Assembly (NCBI GenBank): GCA_951406725.2
Contig: OX597834.1
Span: 13,268,001 to 13,332,000 of the forward strand
DNA length: 64,000 nucleotides
Reading direction: 5' to 3'
From: Octopus vulgaris
Lineage: Eukaryota
Part shown: positions 1 through 14,348 of the stretch, in pieces
Layout: each line of letters opens with the position of its first letter
Position numbering within the stretch: the stretch's first letter is position 1
Position numbers and translations under genes: made by a program
The notes under the pieces: generated by a model
The model's input: only the letters and a program-made list of their open reading frames with translations
Database searches by the model: none
Told to the model about the DNA's origin: nothing

Positions 1-298
1 CCAATAAACACCACTACGCACGGTTCGATTTTTTTCATTCTACATACGAGCAGATGATGAAAGTTTCCCCGATCCCAGTAACAGAGAATGCAGAAGGATC
101 GGTTAGAGATGCTTCTATTCGACTTCTTACGACCTCAGATTGACCCTTATTCATTTATTACACCAACCCTTCAGTTTTTCTAAGTCCTGTAAAAGTACTA
201 GGGAAGTGGAGACTCCAACCAGGCCTTTCGCTACGGAATTAAATCCAGGGAAGTTTCAGTCTCCCATCTCGTATGCTTATCTACATACTTATATGTAA

Positions 299-337
<39 letters not shown>

Positions 338-487
338 TACATACATATATATATATATATTTGAGTAGTTGAATGAATTATCTTATTATGGATAATTTGG
401 TTAACCGATACCCGGGTAGCATTATCGCTATGGACACCGTGTGGGTAGTCATCTAACAGTTTTTGTTCATCTTGATGCAGACATAAG

Positions 488-586
488 TTCCTTGTTTTTC
501 CCGATGGGAAGGCGGCATAATGCACCCCTTATTCCTTCGAAATTAGGAATATGCAGCCTTCGATACATATGTCGAGAATAAAGGAA
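488..586 (+). ncRNA. Degenerate type-I hammerhead-like motif in a TA-flanked element (361-630)
   Basis: Stem I TTCCTTgtTTTTC/GAGAAtaAAGGAA; core CCGATGG; long stem II GAAGGCgGCATA...TATGCaGCCTTC; GATAC-ATAT-GTC with palindromic ACATATGT. Three core substitutions, so probably inactive. Confidence 0.55.
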
Positions 587-627
587 TTGTGTTAATTCGT
601 CGTTTCAACTCCATTCTTTCATTTATT

Positions 628-692
<65 letters not shown>

Positions 693-870
693 ACAATAAT
701 AACTTTAGGGAATATTATTCCTAACTTTCAGGGTTACATTTTCTAGATGGTGTAATTTAATTGTTCATTTTGAATTGATAAAAGGTGATTTATTCTAATT
801 ATATATCTATATACACATACATATTTATATATGTCTGTCTGTATGTATGTATGTATGTATATATATATAT

Positions 871-930
<60 letters not shown>

Positions 931-1204
931 GTGTTTACATAGATTCACTTAAGAACATAAAATTGTGAGTGTGTGCATCTGAATATAGATACGCGTTTAG
1001 GCGAATATATATTTCACCATAGAACAATTTACGCGTAGACATGAATGCATATTTATTTCGTCTGTATAATGATAGCTATTCCAGTATATATCGAATTATC
1101 AATTATTATTGAATTATCATGTACCTTTAATACATCTTTGCACACACGTATTACGTACACAGACGAGCACATACGCAGATAATGATATACATGTATATAT
1201 GTAC

Positions 1205-1245
<41 letters not shown>

Positions 1246-1267
1246 CATATAATTCAGATATGTATTT

Positions 1268-1310
<43 letters not shown>

Positions 1311-1640
1311 TGAATATACATATACAAATAGATATGGGAGTATATATATATATATATATATACATATATATACCAACTGTGTGCATTTTATCTACTATTT
1401 TCACTGGAACTATAGAAGGTTAGAAGTTTCAAATTATTAGACTTTTGTGTTCAGAATAGTTGTCTTCTATAAAAGAATCATTTATGATGGCAATGACTGC
1501 AGACATCAAAGTGGTTTTATGTTAACAATTCTAAATATATTCTCCTACAATTTTTTTTTTTGTTTTTCACTCTGAAATGGACTTAAATATCGGCACACAC
1601 TCATATGTACAACAATGTATGCAAGCAATCAAGTACAAAA

Positions 1641-1722
<82 letters not shown>

Positions 1723-1754
1723 TATATATATATATTTTATATTATATATATATA

Positions 1755-1830
<76 letters not shown>

Positions 1831-2091
1831 ATATATATATGCACATATGAAAGTGAATGCATATATTAATACATAGATCTATGCATATAAGAATGCAAAC
1901 GCTTTTATGAATGTATATACTTATTTATACATTACATTCACACACACATATATACATTATTTATACACATGTATATATAGACGTGCATATACGCAGTTAC
2001 ATGTACAGAAACCTATGCTTCTAAGTAGATAAATATGTATGACCCCATGAGTAGTAATAAGTTCACATACACACATATACATATGTCTATC

Positions 2092-2122
<31 letters not shown>

Positions 2123-2185
2123 ATACATATATATACATATACATATACATGTATATACATATATATATACATATATATATATATA

Positions 2186-2258
<73 letters not shown>

Positions 2259-2642
2259 GGAGTCACACTCTTGCGTGTGACTTGTAAACACAGAGACAGA
2301 AACACACGCTCAATTACAAACCTATACATAAATATAGATAGATAGACTTATATTTAAGTACGTACGTATAATTTATAATTTTTTATATGTATATTTAGAT
2401 TCGCATCGTCTTTCTCTGTGTACGGTTTTGTACGTATGTCTGTGTTACACTTTCAGCCTATTATTATTTACACGTAGCATTGCATATGTATATTCATCAT
2501 TAAATTTTCTCTCTGCGTTTCTATATTAATATAAATATTCTTACTTAATTTACCAATATAGCGTAAATACACACTTACACTTCGATATATATAGCTTCAG
2601 TATCTCTCTATATTTTCTAACTCTCAATATCCCTCTCTTTTT

Positions 2643-2744
<102 letters not shown>

Positions 2745-2875
2745 TCTATATATATATATATACTCTATATAAATATATATATATATATATACATATTCGT
2801 ACGTATGTTCATATATATGTTTATGTGTATGTATGCCCTTGTATATATGATTATACATATGTTAAAATATCTATG

Positions 2876-2906
<31 letters not shown>

Positions 2907-3024
2907 ATTAATACATATTTATATAAATGTATTTATATATGCATATATATACATATATATATGTATATATATATACACCTATATATATGTATGTATTCAT
3001 ATATACATATATGTATATATATAC

Positions 3025-3076
<52 letters not shown>

Positions 3077-4027
3077 ATCTATCGATGCACACACACACAC
3101 CTATACTTCTCAATTTATCAAACGCTTTATTCCACTTAAGAGAATTTCTTTCAACAAATAGATGATAGTAAATAAATCATATTTTAACATTTCCCAAAAA
3201 ATAATTACCTCTTATTGATTTTTAGTTTTACTTCAAAATATCAATAATTCACTTTGATGTGGAAGTGCGAAAAACAATAATTTTAACCAATCTATTACCC
3301 ACCTACGTATCACCAATACTCTTCCTCCAGATTCTGTTACCATCCCTACGTTTTCTGTTTTAATTCATTGATTAAAACGGACAATTCTTTGAATATTAAT
3401 TCCAAAATATGCCAAATTCTTGCTATATAGAAATATTCAAATTTTTTCGGATCATTAACCTCGTCTAATCTTCCTGAGACGCACAGACCAGCGCGCCATT
3501 AGTATATATCTAAAACGCTATGTTTTCATGTAGATTATCGATGTGAAGTATCTTCAGTTTAGAATATCACCTATTCACAATTTTTGCTTCCTACTAAAGC
3601 TTTTCGATATCTATTCAACCTGTGACCGGAATGTGTTATTATTTTTTTCCATTAATATTCCTTTAATATGAGACTGCTACATTAAAATGTAAGGCACAAA
3701 TAAATTGGAAATTATTGCTAACCTGTTGTGTTTTGATTCACTCAAGTTTAATATGTTCGACTTTTGCAACGTATTTAGAACACCCATATTTTCTGTCACA
3801 ATTCCTTTTTCTTTAAATTAAATATCTAGAAACACATCAGACCAGAATATATGGGTTTTTTTTCGCATACACCCTCACATGTTATACGCACAATATTACA
3901 GAGGTACTACAAAAGTTGACAAATATAAAACAGACAAATTTTTAATATATTATCTTCACACAGACATGTTTAAAATGCGAGCAAATTACTTCCAGCAGAT
4001 TTCTCACGTTCCGGCTCAGTGATGTAA

Positions 4028-4094
<67 letters not shown>

Positions 4095-4164
4095 ATATAT
4101 AAAATTTACAGCTATCATATTATCAGTAAGGTCTATGAATATATATATATATATATATATATTT

Positions 4165-4310
4165 ATAAGAAATAACAAATTAAGTGAATTGAAGGAACAG
4201 AAAGCAAGTGTATTATTTTGACGCTCGGGAACAATGGAAAAAGCCTTTGATGGCTCGAGCCCACGCTCTTCCGCTGAAAGGAATGAGAGAGAAGTAAAAA
4301 TCTGAGCGGG
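4165..4310 (-). mobile_element. Penelope-like terminal stub, strongly decayed hammerhead remnant (4244-4281)
   Basis: Shares GTATTA...ACGCTCRGGAA and the GAGC-GTGG-GCTC hairpin with the 33658 stub; CCTTT/AAAGG closing stem; adjacent to (TA)n. Confidence 0.35.
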
Positions 4311-5446
4311 AATATAATCTGTATATAGATTAACATGATGAAATTTGGTACTTGTTCATGTCATCCGAAACCTATCTCATATAATATATAAATAAATAAA
4401 ACTGAAAAAATTGACATAGCACAGGATTTTCTGAATTGTGTCAACATTTATAGAAACAATCTAACCTGGATATATATCATATGAATTACACCAACTTACC
4501 CGTTATCAATATGGCTTTATTTATTTTTTTTAGGAATAATTGTTTCACAGGATCTGTCAATTTGGCAAAATACACTACATTTGGTTGGAACAGTTTTCCT
4601 TTGAATGTGGTAGCATGCCGTATACAGAAAACTCTTCCAACGAATGGTTTTTGACTATTTTGTTTGAAGTTAATCTCAAGAAGTATAATAATGAGTGACG
4701 TACTCTGGTAACTGCGAAAGCATTTGCAAAACAGTAAACCTGGTCGTACTACGAAAGTCTTTATTCCTTAATTCTTTTTTTTCTTTTAGTAAAATAATAT
4801 ATATTTTGTACAGTGAAGAAAATAGAGTAATATTTTTTTCATATATGTAGGTTTCGAGTCTCGTATTCTAAATAATTAGTAGATATATCTCTACTCTATA
4901 CAAAAGACGACCAGTTATATAACTACATACCTATACATCTAGTCATTTCATATTTTCTTATAAGGCAATTCTATATTTTTACTTGTAATTTATGGAAGCC
5001 GATGTTTCCTAAATTTAAATGATTAATTGCTTTTCCATTCACTCTTATACTCCATTGCCCTTAGACGAAATAAATTTTAAAGATAGCAACTAAAATTCTA
5101 AAACGCATAACCGTTTTCTTTGCTCTAACTCCTTAATGTTAATACCTTTTCGCAGGTTGAAGAGATTTGATTTCACCTTTTACTTTATACGAGCGCTTGA
5201 TGATGTTTTGCCGGTGGATGTCTCAACATCAATAAATCAGCATATTTCGTTTCGAGGCCGTTCAATGTTCCCCATTATTCATTGATATTTTTTTTAATGA
5301 AGTCAATGCGTTCGCTTACAGTTTCTGTCACATTGCACATCATTGTTATATGCCGAAGCATTGTGTCCTTGAATACACGTAGGCAGACGTTATTTGAAAA
5401 TTGGGAATGACTTCCAAAATATTACTTGACAAACAAACACGTTCTA

Positions 5447-5679
5447 TATTTCTTTACTACCCACAGGGGACTAAACATAGAGGGGACAAACAAGGACAGA
5501 CAAACGGATTAAGTCGATTACATCGACCCCAGTGCGTAACTGGTACTTATTTAATCGACCCCGAAAGGATAAAAGGCAAAGTCGACCTCGGCAGAAATCG
5601 AACTCAGAACGTAGCGGCAGACGAAATACCACTGATTATTTCGCCCGGCGTGCTAATGTTTCTGCCAGCTTCCCGCCTT
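5447..5679 (-). mobile_element. SINE family A, monomer
   Basis: Matches other A copies: Pol III A-box TGGCAGAAAC, B-box GAGTTCRA, body GCCTTT(C)ATCCTTTCGGGGTCGAT, tail AAAGAAATA. Confidence 0.9.
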
Positions 5680-6764
5680 TTCCGTGTATACCATAGGTGA
5701 TGCGTTGTCTGTGAATGCAGTGAATGCTGTGCGAAGATGTTTCATATATCGGATCGGTAATATTTATTTTTGATTCGATCTCGAAAAAGAAGACAAAGAT
5801 TAACCAAGAAATCTCCAGGATTCCTGTTGCTAGTTTGGTACCAATTATTTTTTATTGCAACATAATGTTTCCTCGTATATCTCTTGAAGTCTGCTATTAT
5901 CTCACGGGCGAAAAGAACGAGTGAAACATCTATTATATTTGGTTTCTCTTCTAATACCTGCGATAAATTGTATCACACGCGAATCTGGAGGCTTGTTTAG
6001 TTAGGGATTCGTGGATATACTAAGTTATGTCATTTAAACGAACATAAATCCTATCCATGATTAACTGATATTCTCGAACAATCTGACATTTTCTGGTCTT
6101 GCATTTCTTACAAAAGCAATTATCTAGAAAATCGCCTTCGACGCAGAGTTTCAATTTATTTTCAGTTTACTAACACACTATCTCGACTGGTTACATTATC
6201 AAATACATCTTATGATAAGAATTTCGAAAAGATATAGATGTGTGACTAAATCTCTTAAACATTATTTATTATCGAAACTCACCCTTCGTCGAAGCAAAGC
6301 ATCTCACCCAGAAAGTGTATGCTCGTCGATGTAGTCCTGTTCTAGTATACTGCTTTGTTGTTTGAAAGTGCAACCAATTTACAGGCCTGACTCGTGATAA
6401 TTCACTAAATAAAGAATGGTTATCCATAACGAGAAAGGTTTCCAAATATTGGATTATAATTAATTGTTAGAAATCGGTAGATTATAAATAAAACTCGGAC
6501 GATTCTAACGGAAATTAAAAATTCTTAAACAATGAAAAGAAAAAGCTGGAGTTCCATTTTCCTCAATTAGCTTGCCTGCGCAAGAAAATTATCCTTAATT
6601 TATGACTCTCATGGTTTTGTGTCCCTCATTAGTTCCATTGCTTCCAAAGTCAAATCATAGAACCACAGACGGTAATTAATATCTGACGCACCTAAATGGA
6701 TTAGGTATGCTAGAATGTGTTTCAAAATATCATCCTTTTGAAATGTATAAATTAATTTTTTTTT

Positions 6765-7178
6765 TTTTTTTACTTGTTTCAGTCATTTGACTGCTGCCAT
6801 GCTGGAGCACCGCTTTTAATCGAGCAACTCGACCCCGGGACTTATTCTTTTGTAAGCCCAGTACTTATTCCATCGGTCTCTATTTGCCAAACCGCTAAGT
6901 AGCGGGGACATAAACACACCAGCATCGGTTGTCAGCAATGCTAAGGGGACAAATACAGACACACAAACACACGTACGCATACGCATATATATATATATAA
7001 ATATACATATATACGACAGGCTTCTTTCAGTTTCCGTCTACGAAATCCACTCACAAGGCATTGGTCAGCCCGGGGCTATAGCAGAAGACACTTGCCCAAG
7101 ATGCCACGCAGTGGGACTGAACCCGGAACCATGTGGTTGGTTAGCAAGCTACTTACCACACAGCCACTCCTGCGCCTA
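6765..7178 (-). mobile_element. SINE family B, full length
   Basis: A-box TGGCTGTGTGG, B-box GGGTTCAGTCCC, CORE-like TTGGGCAAGT, internal (TA/TG)n, tail GCGGTGCTCCAGCATGG-CAGTCAAATGACTGAAAC. Confidence 0.92.
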
Positions 7179-7830
7179 TTATAAATTGTTTATTTATTTA
7201 TATTATTTCTATCTCCATACATTTACTTACTTTTCAGTTTACCAAATTAAGCTAATTCATTTGATACCATGCAAGAATATCGTCACATGCTCTAACTTTA
7301 TTGCAATTGTCTCATAAATATTTATCTAAAGATAACAGAAGATATTTTGTAACGAAATGAATTAAATGAACGGGAATATTCTGAATTAGCAGTACTTGTG
7401 TTTTACCATTATCTTCAATTTTGTAATCTCTTGCCAAACACTATATTCTAATTAGTCCATTAAAAGTATGACTAATCACTATGGACGTATTTATACATCT
7501 TCTAGCCGATAGGTATTTGAAGAGTGGTTTTAGAAAGGAAAAATCGAAAAGAAAATAAAAATATTTGATTGGGACATGTATCCAGGCAAATGTATTACAT
7601 TTATTTTCTATATTGCTATATTCGCATTTTCTATTAGTATACGTCTCCAGGCAACAATTTATCATAGCATACATGACCAATATAACATGAATGCATTAAG
7701 CATATAATTATAAAAAACACATACACATAGTATATGTTTCCAGTTCGTAAGTGCATGTAATTGTTATGGTTTCTGTATGCACACACACACGCCCTGACAC
7801 ATACACACACATATGTAAATATACACACAC

Positions 7831-7873
<43 letters not shown>

Positions 7874-7903
7874 AACAAACAATGTGATCGAAGATGAGAA
7901 ATA

Positions 7904-8136
7904 TGTTTCTTTACTATCCACAAGGGGCTAAACATAGAAGGGACAAACAAGGACAGACAAACAGATTAAGTCGATTACATCTACCCCAATGCGTAACTGG
8001 TACTTAATTTATCGACTCCGAAAGGATGAAAGACAAAGTCGACCTCGGCGAAATTTGAACTCAGAACGTAACGACGGACGGAATACGGCTACGCATTTCG
8101 CCCGGCGTGCTAACGGTTCTGCCAGCTAGCAGCCTT
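7904..8136 (-). mobile_element. SINE family A, monomer with 17-bp TSD
   Basis: TSD ATCGAAGATGAGAAATA at 7887-7903 and 8137-8153. Confidence 0.93.
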
Positions 8137-8637
8137 ATCGAAGATGAGAAATAGTTAATGAGCTTATATGCCATTGTTCATATCGGAGCTTTTGGCCTTT
8201 TCATCAGCACCCACATAACCTTCTAATCATCATGAAACACATTGCTTAAATAGTCACTATATACAGCCGTGTATGGTTATGGGCTAAGCCAAATTTACCT
8301 ATGAAACGAATACCTAAAATCTAATGTATTACAGCATTAGTCTTTCTGCTCCCCAAAGCCGTCGACTGTTCACCGATATATCAAGTAGTTTCTGATAAAA
8401 TTGGGACGTAAACTATCGTCAAATTTAGCTCGCTCATCCTGTATATACAAACACCTCAAGATAAATATATACCACGTAATTATATCGTTTTATGTATGCG
8501 AAGACTACTCACAAGTACTTAAAGGCTCTAAATAATTAAAGCTGCACAAAACATGTTTATTAGTTCTGCGTTAAGTATTTCTACATTTCAGATCTCTATA
8601 GATGTCTGTATTGATATGAGTCCTGGTTATGTTGTAT

Positions 8638-8686
8638 GCTGCTGCCGCTGCTGCCGGCGTTGCCACTGCCACTGCTGCTGCTACTG

Positions 8687-8743
<57 letters not shown>

Positions 8744-8744
8744 T

Positions 8745-8820
<76 letters not shown>
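8638..8820. repeat. (CTG)n/(CTA)n microsatellite
   Basis: Direct reading. Confidence 0.95.
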
Positions 8821-9662
8821 GGTTCAAGAATTTTTGTTTTCAAACGTTGCTGACAATGTGTTTTTAACATCTCAGTGTTTATGTACATTTATCTATCCTC
8901 ATCTGTAAACCTCTTTCTCTCTCACTTTCTTTCACTTTCTCTCTCTCCCTTCTCTCTCATATCTCTCTCTCTTCTCTCTCATCTCTCTCTGTTCTCTCTC
9001 ACTCCTCTCTCTCTCTATAAATACATCTATCTATCTATCCACACATAACCATATTTTTATATGTAAATATATACCTATATACGCAAATAAATACATACAT
9101 ATAAATTACTATATATATTATTGTTTTTGTTATCAATATTATTATTATCGTTGTTATTATTATTATTAGTATTGTTGTTGTTGTTGTGGTTATTATTATT
9201 ATTGTTATTGCTATTGTTATTATTAATATTATTAAATTTTATTGTTATCGTTATTATTATTAATATTATTAGTATTATTATTATTATTATTGTTGTAGTT
9301 GTTGTTGTTGTTGTCGTTATTATCTTTCTGTCTATATTAATAATTTCAAACAAGTGAATTAACTAGAAACATGAAAGCTGGAAGCAAAATAATGTAAACA
9401 AACTCAAATCAAACCATGAATTTATACAATTACTCTACTTATTTGTATATTTGGGTTAAGTTGAATATAAACCAGTACAGAGTCATAAAATATTTCTGTC
9501 TGGCGCATCATACTGACGATCATCTAGAAACACAGAATGTCAGACACTGAAACGCCATTCCTATCAGACATTAAACATCCTTTAGCCCTTAACGCAAGCA
9601 TTGCACTAAGATTTTAATTTGACATGCTATTAACGATTCTGTGATTAACGATATGTGATTAT

Positions 9663-9912
9663 GTGGAGGCGCATTGCGTAGTGGTTAGGGTGTCAGCATC
9701 ATGATCGTAAGATTGTGGTTTCGATTCATGGAGCGGGCGACGCGTTGTGCTCTTGAGCAAAACACTTCATTTCACATTGCTCCAATCAACTCAGCTGGCA
9801 AAAATGAGTAACACTGTGATGAACTGGCGTCCCGTCCAACTAGGGAACACATACGCCATTGAAACCGGGAAACCGTGCCCATGAGCGTGGCTAGGCTTTA
9901 AAAGGCCGCATT
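9663..9912 (+). mobile_element. SINE family D
   Basis: tRNA-like head, CORE-like TTGTGCTCTTGAGCAAAACACTT, tail GATGAACTGGCGTCCCGTCCA...GAAACCGGGAAACC. Confidence 0.82.
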
Positions 9913-10173
9913 TAATATTTCTTTTAAAATAAGTAATTATTTTCACTTCCATTTTCTTCTTATCCTGAGCTAAATATGAATGACGTTACAATTCGTTTCA
10001 GTATTCCTTTTTTTTGTGTAGATGGTAAAAATATTTTTATTACTATTTCGGAATTGCGAATCTTTAATTTTACTTCTCTTCTATTTCGCCTTATCATTTT
10101 CTCTCTGCTCACAATAATATGTAATCCCTCAGGTATGGAAATTGCGAATTAACACTGTTATATAAATATAACG

Positions 10174-10546
10174 GTGGAGGCGCAATGGCCCAGTGGTTAG
10201 GACAGCGGACTCGCGGTCATAGGGTCGCGGTTTCGATTCCCAGACCGGACGTTGTGAGTGTTTATTGAGCGAAAACACCTAAAGCTCCACGAGGCTCCGG
10301 CAGGGGATGGTGGTGATCCCTGCTGTACTCTTTCACCACAACTTTCTCTCACTCTTTCTTCCTGTTTCTGTTGTACTTGTATTTCAAAGGGCCAGCCTCG
10401 TCACGCTGAATCTCCTCGAGAAGTACGTTAAGGGTACACGTGTCTGTGGAGTGCTCAGCCACTTACACGTTAATTTCACGAGCAGGCTGTTCCGTTGATT
10501 CGGATCAACCGGAACCCTCGTCGTCGTAACCGACGGAGTGCTTCCC
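10174..10546 (+). mobile_element. SINE family C with 12-bp TSD
   Basis: tRNA-like head (TGGCCCAGTGG, GGTTTCGATTCCC); TSD ATAAATATAACG at 10162-10173 and 10547-10558. Confidence 0.93.
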
Positions 10547-12525
10547 ATAAATATAACGATCCAGCTACCAAAGCATTTTAACTTTACTTATTCATCTCCT
10601 TCTTTAGATTCCTACCTGTACCACACCTTGTAAAACCAGTAACGCTCTCACCATAGTGTTTTCACAGAAATTATTACGATATCGTATTATATCATTTTCT
10701 CACAAATTATTACATAACGATATATTTAACACTTGCAATGTAGCTACAAAACGCGACCGCGAACGGTGCTGACTGAAATATAACTGAAACAAAAAACATT
10801 GACCACTGAATATCACTTAATACTGATTTTCTGTGACAATATGTTGTAGCTTTGAATGTTCAAAGAATTTCTATACAATATAAACTGTATATTCACTGAG
10901 TTGTTTTACATCGTTTCCAGCTGTTATACTTATTTATCTATCTTCCACCTTTAATCTGCGAAAATATAACGGCTGTTCCCAATTTCGACGAAAAGGAGGA
11001 ACGATTATCTCCCTTCTGCAAACACTCCACGCGTTCAAAATCTCTGGTAGTCACCTCTAATGGTTCCAATGAGACTGTTGGCGAATGTTCATCATGTTAT
11101 GTCTACGTAGAGACGTACCTTCTATATAACGACGGATCACTACTAAATAGGATCAGCTTGAAAACAATATTGTTTTATAAATTACATTAATATATAAACC
11201 ATAAAGAATCAAGCGAAAATTAAATGCCCGCAAATAATTCAAATTCCAAGAAGTTAAAATATAAGATATGTCCCAACATAGTCATAGGCTATTGACCGAA
11301 GCAAGATAAAAGATGAAAAGAAACACAAAGATAGTAAGACCGATTGATAATATATTGTTCTAAATGAGCAAATGCCAAAAGGTCATACATAATTCAAATA
11401 GAAACTTTAATATCTTGGCCAAAAGAAAATTGCTCGAGATAGATATAAATGAGCGTAAATTCGAGGCTTTAATTGGCAGCATTTTCTGTTTCCTAAACTA
11501 ATTTCTAAATGATTTAATGGAATACGCGATTATGATACCTTTAAATTCTAACCACAGAGAGCATATTATAATATATCATATTAGACACAGAGTTTGTATA
11601 CATACGTTGAAGAATGTTTTCATATACCGAGACACGCACTATAGATTTCCTGTCATATTTTAAGAAACAGATCGTCGCATGCAATCGTAATTATGGTTTT
11701 CACTGAACAGAGCAATACGTTCAAATAATATACATCTAACGAACGGAAGAGTATATTTGATATGATGTGTTTTAGTTGCATTTACATCTGACAACCACCG
11801 ATGTAGATTATCTCCTCTGAAACTTATTTCTTTGCTTCTGTGTCTAGACTGACATAAAGTTCAGTTTTCCGCAAATCAATCACAAGACGTTTGCTGTATG
11901 AAAATGTACGTCTTCATCTACCTCTACGTAGTTATCCGTGTATAAGTGCGTCTATGTGTGAGTATGCTTTTTAAGCAAATGCTATATCACGCCTTTGAAG
12001 TCTTATGTCTATCCTCGTTCCTCTGGTTATAATTCACCTCAGTAAATTGTATTTTCTATGTGACATGTGAAAGACTTATCACGTCCAAATCGTTTCAGTT
12101 TCAAATCGTAAATATAAAGGCCTGATATATTCATGCACTTCTGAGCCCGGTAGGTCGGAATAAATCCAATCACTTGCTTTATATGACAACTTCATATTCT
12201 TAGAATATTTTTACGGGAACCATAACAAATATAACGGTATGCCAAATGTATAGAAACGAACTGAATGACGTCAATTCTTCCAAATGTTCCTCTATAATAT
12301 AATATAGATCACATATTTATTGATCATGGTTCCAATACTTAAAGATATGTATACACTAGTAAACTAATGACTAAACTCAAGTTATGTTTAAAGGAAAGAA
12401 ATATATTCGTTATGAATTCCATATAAGTGGCTGATAGAATAATTTATTGAGCGGGGGTCGCATTGCATCTCATGCTAATTGCAGCATGATAGAGGATGTT
12501 TATTCACAGAAGTATACAGAGGTGT

Positions 12526-13140
12526 AAGGCAGCAAGCTGGCAGAAACGTTAACACGCCGGGCGAAATGCCTAGCGGTATTTCGTCTGCCACTACGTTCTG
12601 AGTTCAAATTCCGCCGAGATCGACTTTGCCTTTCATCCTTTCGGGGTCGATAAATTAAGTACCAGTTACGCACTGGGAGCGATGTAATCGACTTAATCCG
12701 TTTGTCTGTCTTTGTTTGTCCCCTCTGTGTTTAGCCCCTCGTGGGTTGTAAAGAAATAGAAATAGGTATTTCGTCTGCCGTTATGTTCTGAGTTGAAATT
12801 CCGCCGAGGTCGATTTGCCTTTCATCCCTTCTGGGTCGATAAATTAAGTACTAGTTTCGCACTGGGGTCGATGTAATCGACGTAATCCCTTTGTCTGTCC
12901 TTGTTTGTACTCTCTGTGTTTAGCCCCTTGTGGGTAGTAAAGAAATAGGTATTTCTTCTGCCGTTACGTTCTGAGTTCAAATTCCGCCGAGGTCGACTTT
13001 GCCTTTCATCCTTTCGGGGTCGATAAATCAAGTACCAGTTACGCACTGGGGTCGATGTAATCGACTTAATCCGTTTGTCTGTCCTTGCTTGTCCTCTCTA
13101 TGTTTAGCCCCTTGTGGGAAATAAAGAGATAAAAAATAAG
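12526..13140 (+). mobile_element. SINE family A, trimer (one full head plus two headless units)
   Basis: Units restart at GGTATTTC at 12765 and 12948, directly after the GAAATA tail. Confidence 0.92.
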
Positions 13141-13984
13141 AAGTCTACATTTTACATTATTCTCATCTCTGGGCCAATTAGGGATTGTAGATTTTTGATC
13201 AGGCTTAAAAGCACAGACGATCAACTTCTATATTTTACAACGGACATTCCAAGTTTAATAAGAGAGGATATGATATGTCGCAGCGTTATTTTTATCCTTA
13301 TTTCTTTGGTGTTGAATATATGATATGATGAATATTGGATTTGATAATCAACAAACTTATGGTAGTTGACGAGGTGAGGAGATATCCAGTTTTCTTCTAC
13401 CTACTATTTGCGTCGTCTCATTTCCCGGAAGAATGGACCACCACTGTTCTTGTTCTTATTTCACGGAAGAATGTACTAACGTTGGAAGTTTCAATGTCTC
13501 TCGCTCTGAAGCCGAGGGAGATGACTACAAACCTCGTTCAAATGAACCAAAACTATTTGGAATTGCGATAAACAGAATTCATTGAATTCATTTTCTAATA
13601 ACTTTTCTCGTGGCGTAATGTCACAAACGTCTACCTTATTGACTGCGTGAAATATCATATTGCCCGGAAAGATATAATGCACATTCTTCTCAACATATAG
13701 GAGATTTCATGTCACATGTCTGCAGTTGTCGATCATGTTCTATCATATCTATTTCTCTACCACCGTCACGTATACTCTCTGTCAAGTATCTAATTGCACC
13801 CAACCTAGCCATTCACGTATGACACAACATTAATATCACTTGTATTTCTATTATACAGCTATAGTAATGTAAAAGCTATGATGTAATTGACAGCTTTGTT
13901 CATTATTCTACGAATTGTATTTCAGGCGTTATAAAGAAAGGTTTAATATAAAAAAAGTCTTATACCAGCTCTGAACTATTTTTC

Positions 13985-14270
13985 AACATTACGGAGGTCC
14001 TGTTGCTGGATGCCTCTTTCCCTGGAGATTACATCAGGGTAGGAAAGTGTGCGCCCTCTGGTATCGCGAGTAGATGGCTTCCAGAGGAGAAGAGTAGACA
14101 TTGCCTCGTTTTCAGCTCTACACCAATGTCCAGCAAACTGGACTCTCCTACCTTTCACAAGAGATGACACATGTGGTAATTTCCCATATATTTGCATTTT
14201 GGTTGGATGATGTTTTTACGACAGATTTTGAGCTCTCATAAGGAGGCGAGTGTAAGTTCCATCAAACTGT
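13985..14270 (-). pseudogene. RTE-group LINE ORF C-terminal fragment
   Basis: Translates FDGTYTRLLMRAQNLS*KHHPTKMQIYGKLPHVSSLVKGRRVQFAGHWCR, the RxxFAGHxxR pattern downstream of RTE-type reverse transcriptases; internal stop. Confidence 0.8.
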
Positions 14271-14348
14271 TAATATAACGCTCCTAGTGAAAATACATCG
14301 TATATTTAATTTCTATATTACTTATAACACTCCTTCACTATATTAAGG

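Noticed and set aside
5150-5285. Possible plus-strand exon after TTTTCGCAG
   Set aside because: Only ~42 open codons, no donor and no recognisable protein similarity.
9513-9545. CTGACGA...GAAAC...GTC hammerhead core match
   Set aside because: Stem II has one base pair and stem I does not pair next to the core; likely chance.
10174-10250. tRNA gene calls for SINE heads (families A-E)
   Set aside because: A and B boxes are present, but the heads run into SINE bodies with TSDs and lack a complete cloverleaf and terminator.
12526-13140. SINE A tandem units as a hammerhead retrozyme or CRISPR-like array
   Set aside because: No CUGANGA/GAAA core on either strand; units are ~185-bp SINE bodies without unique spacers.
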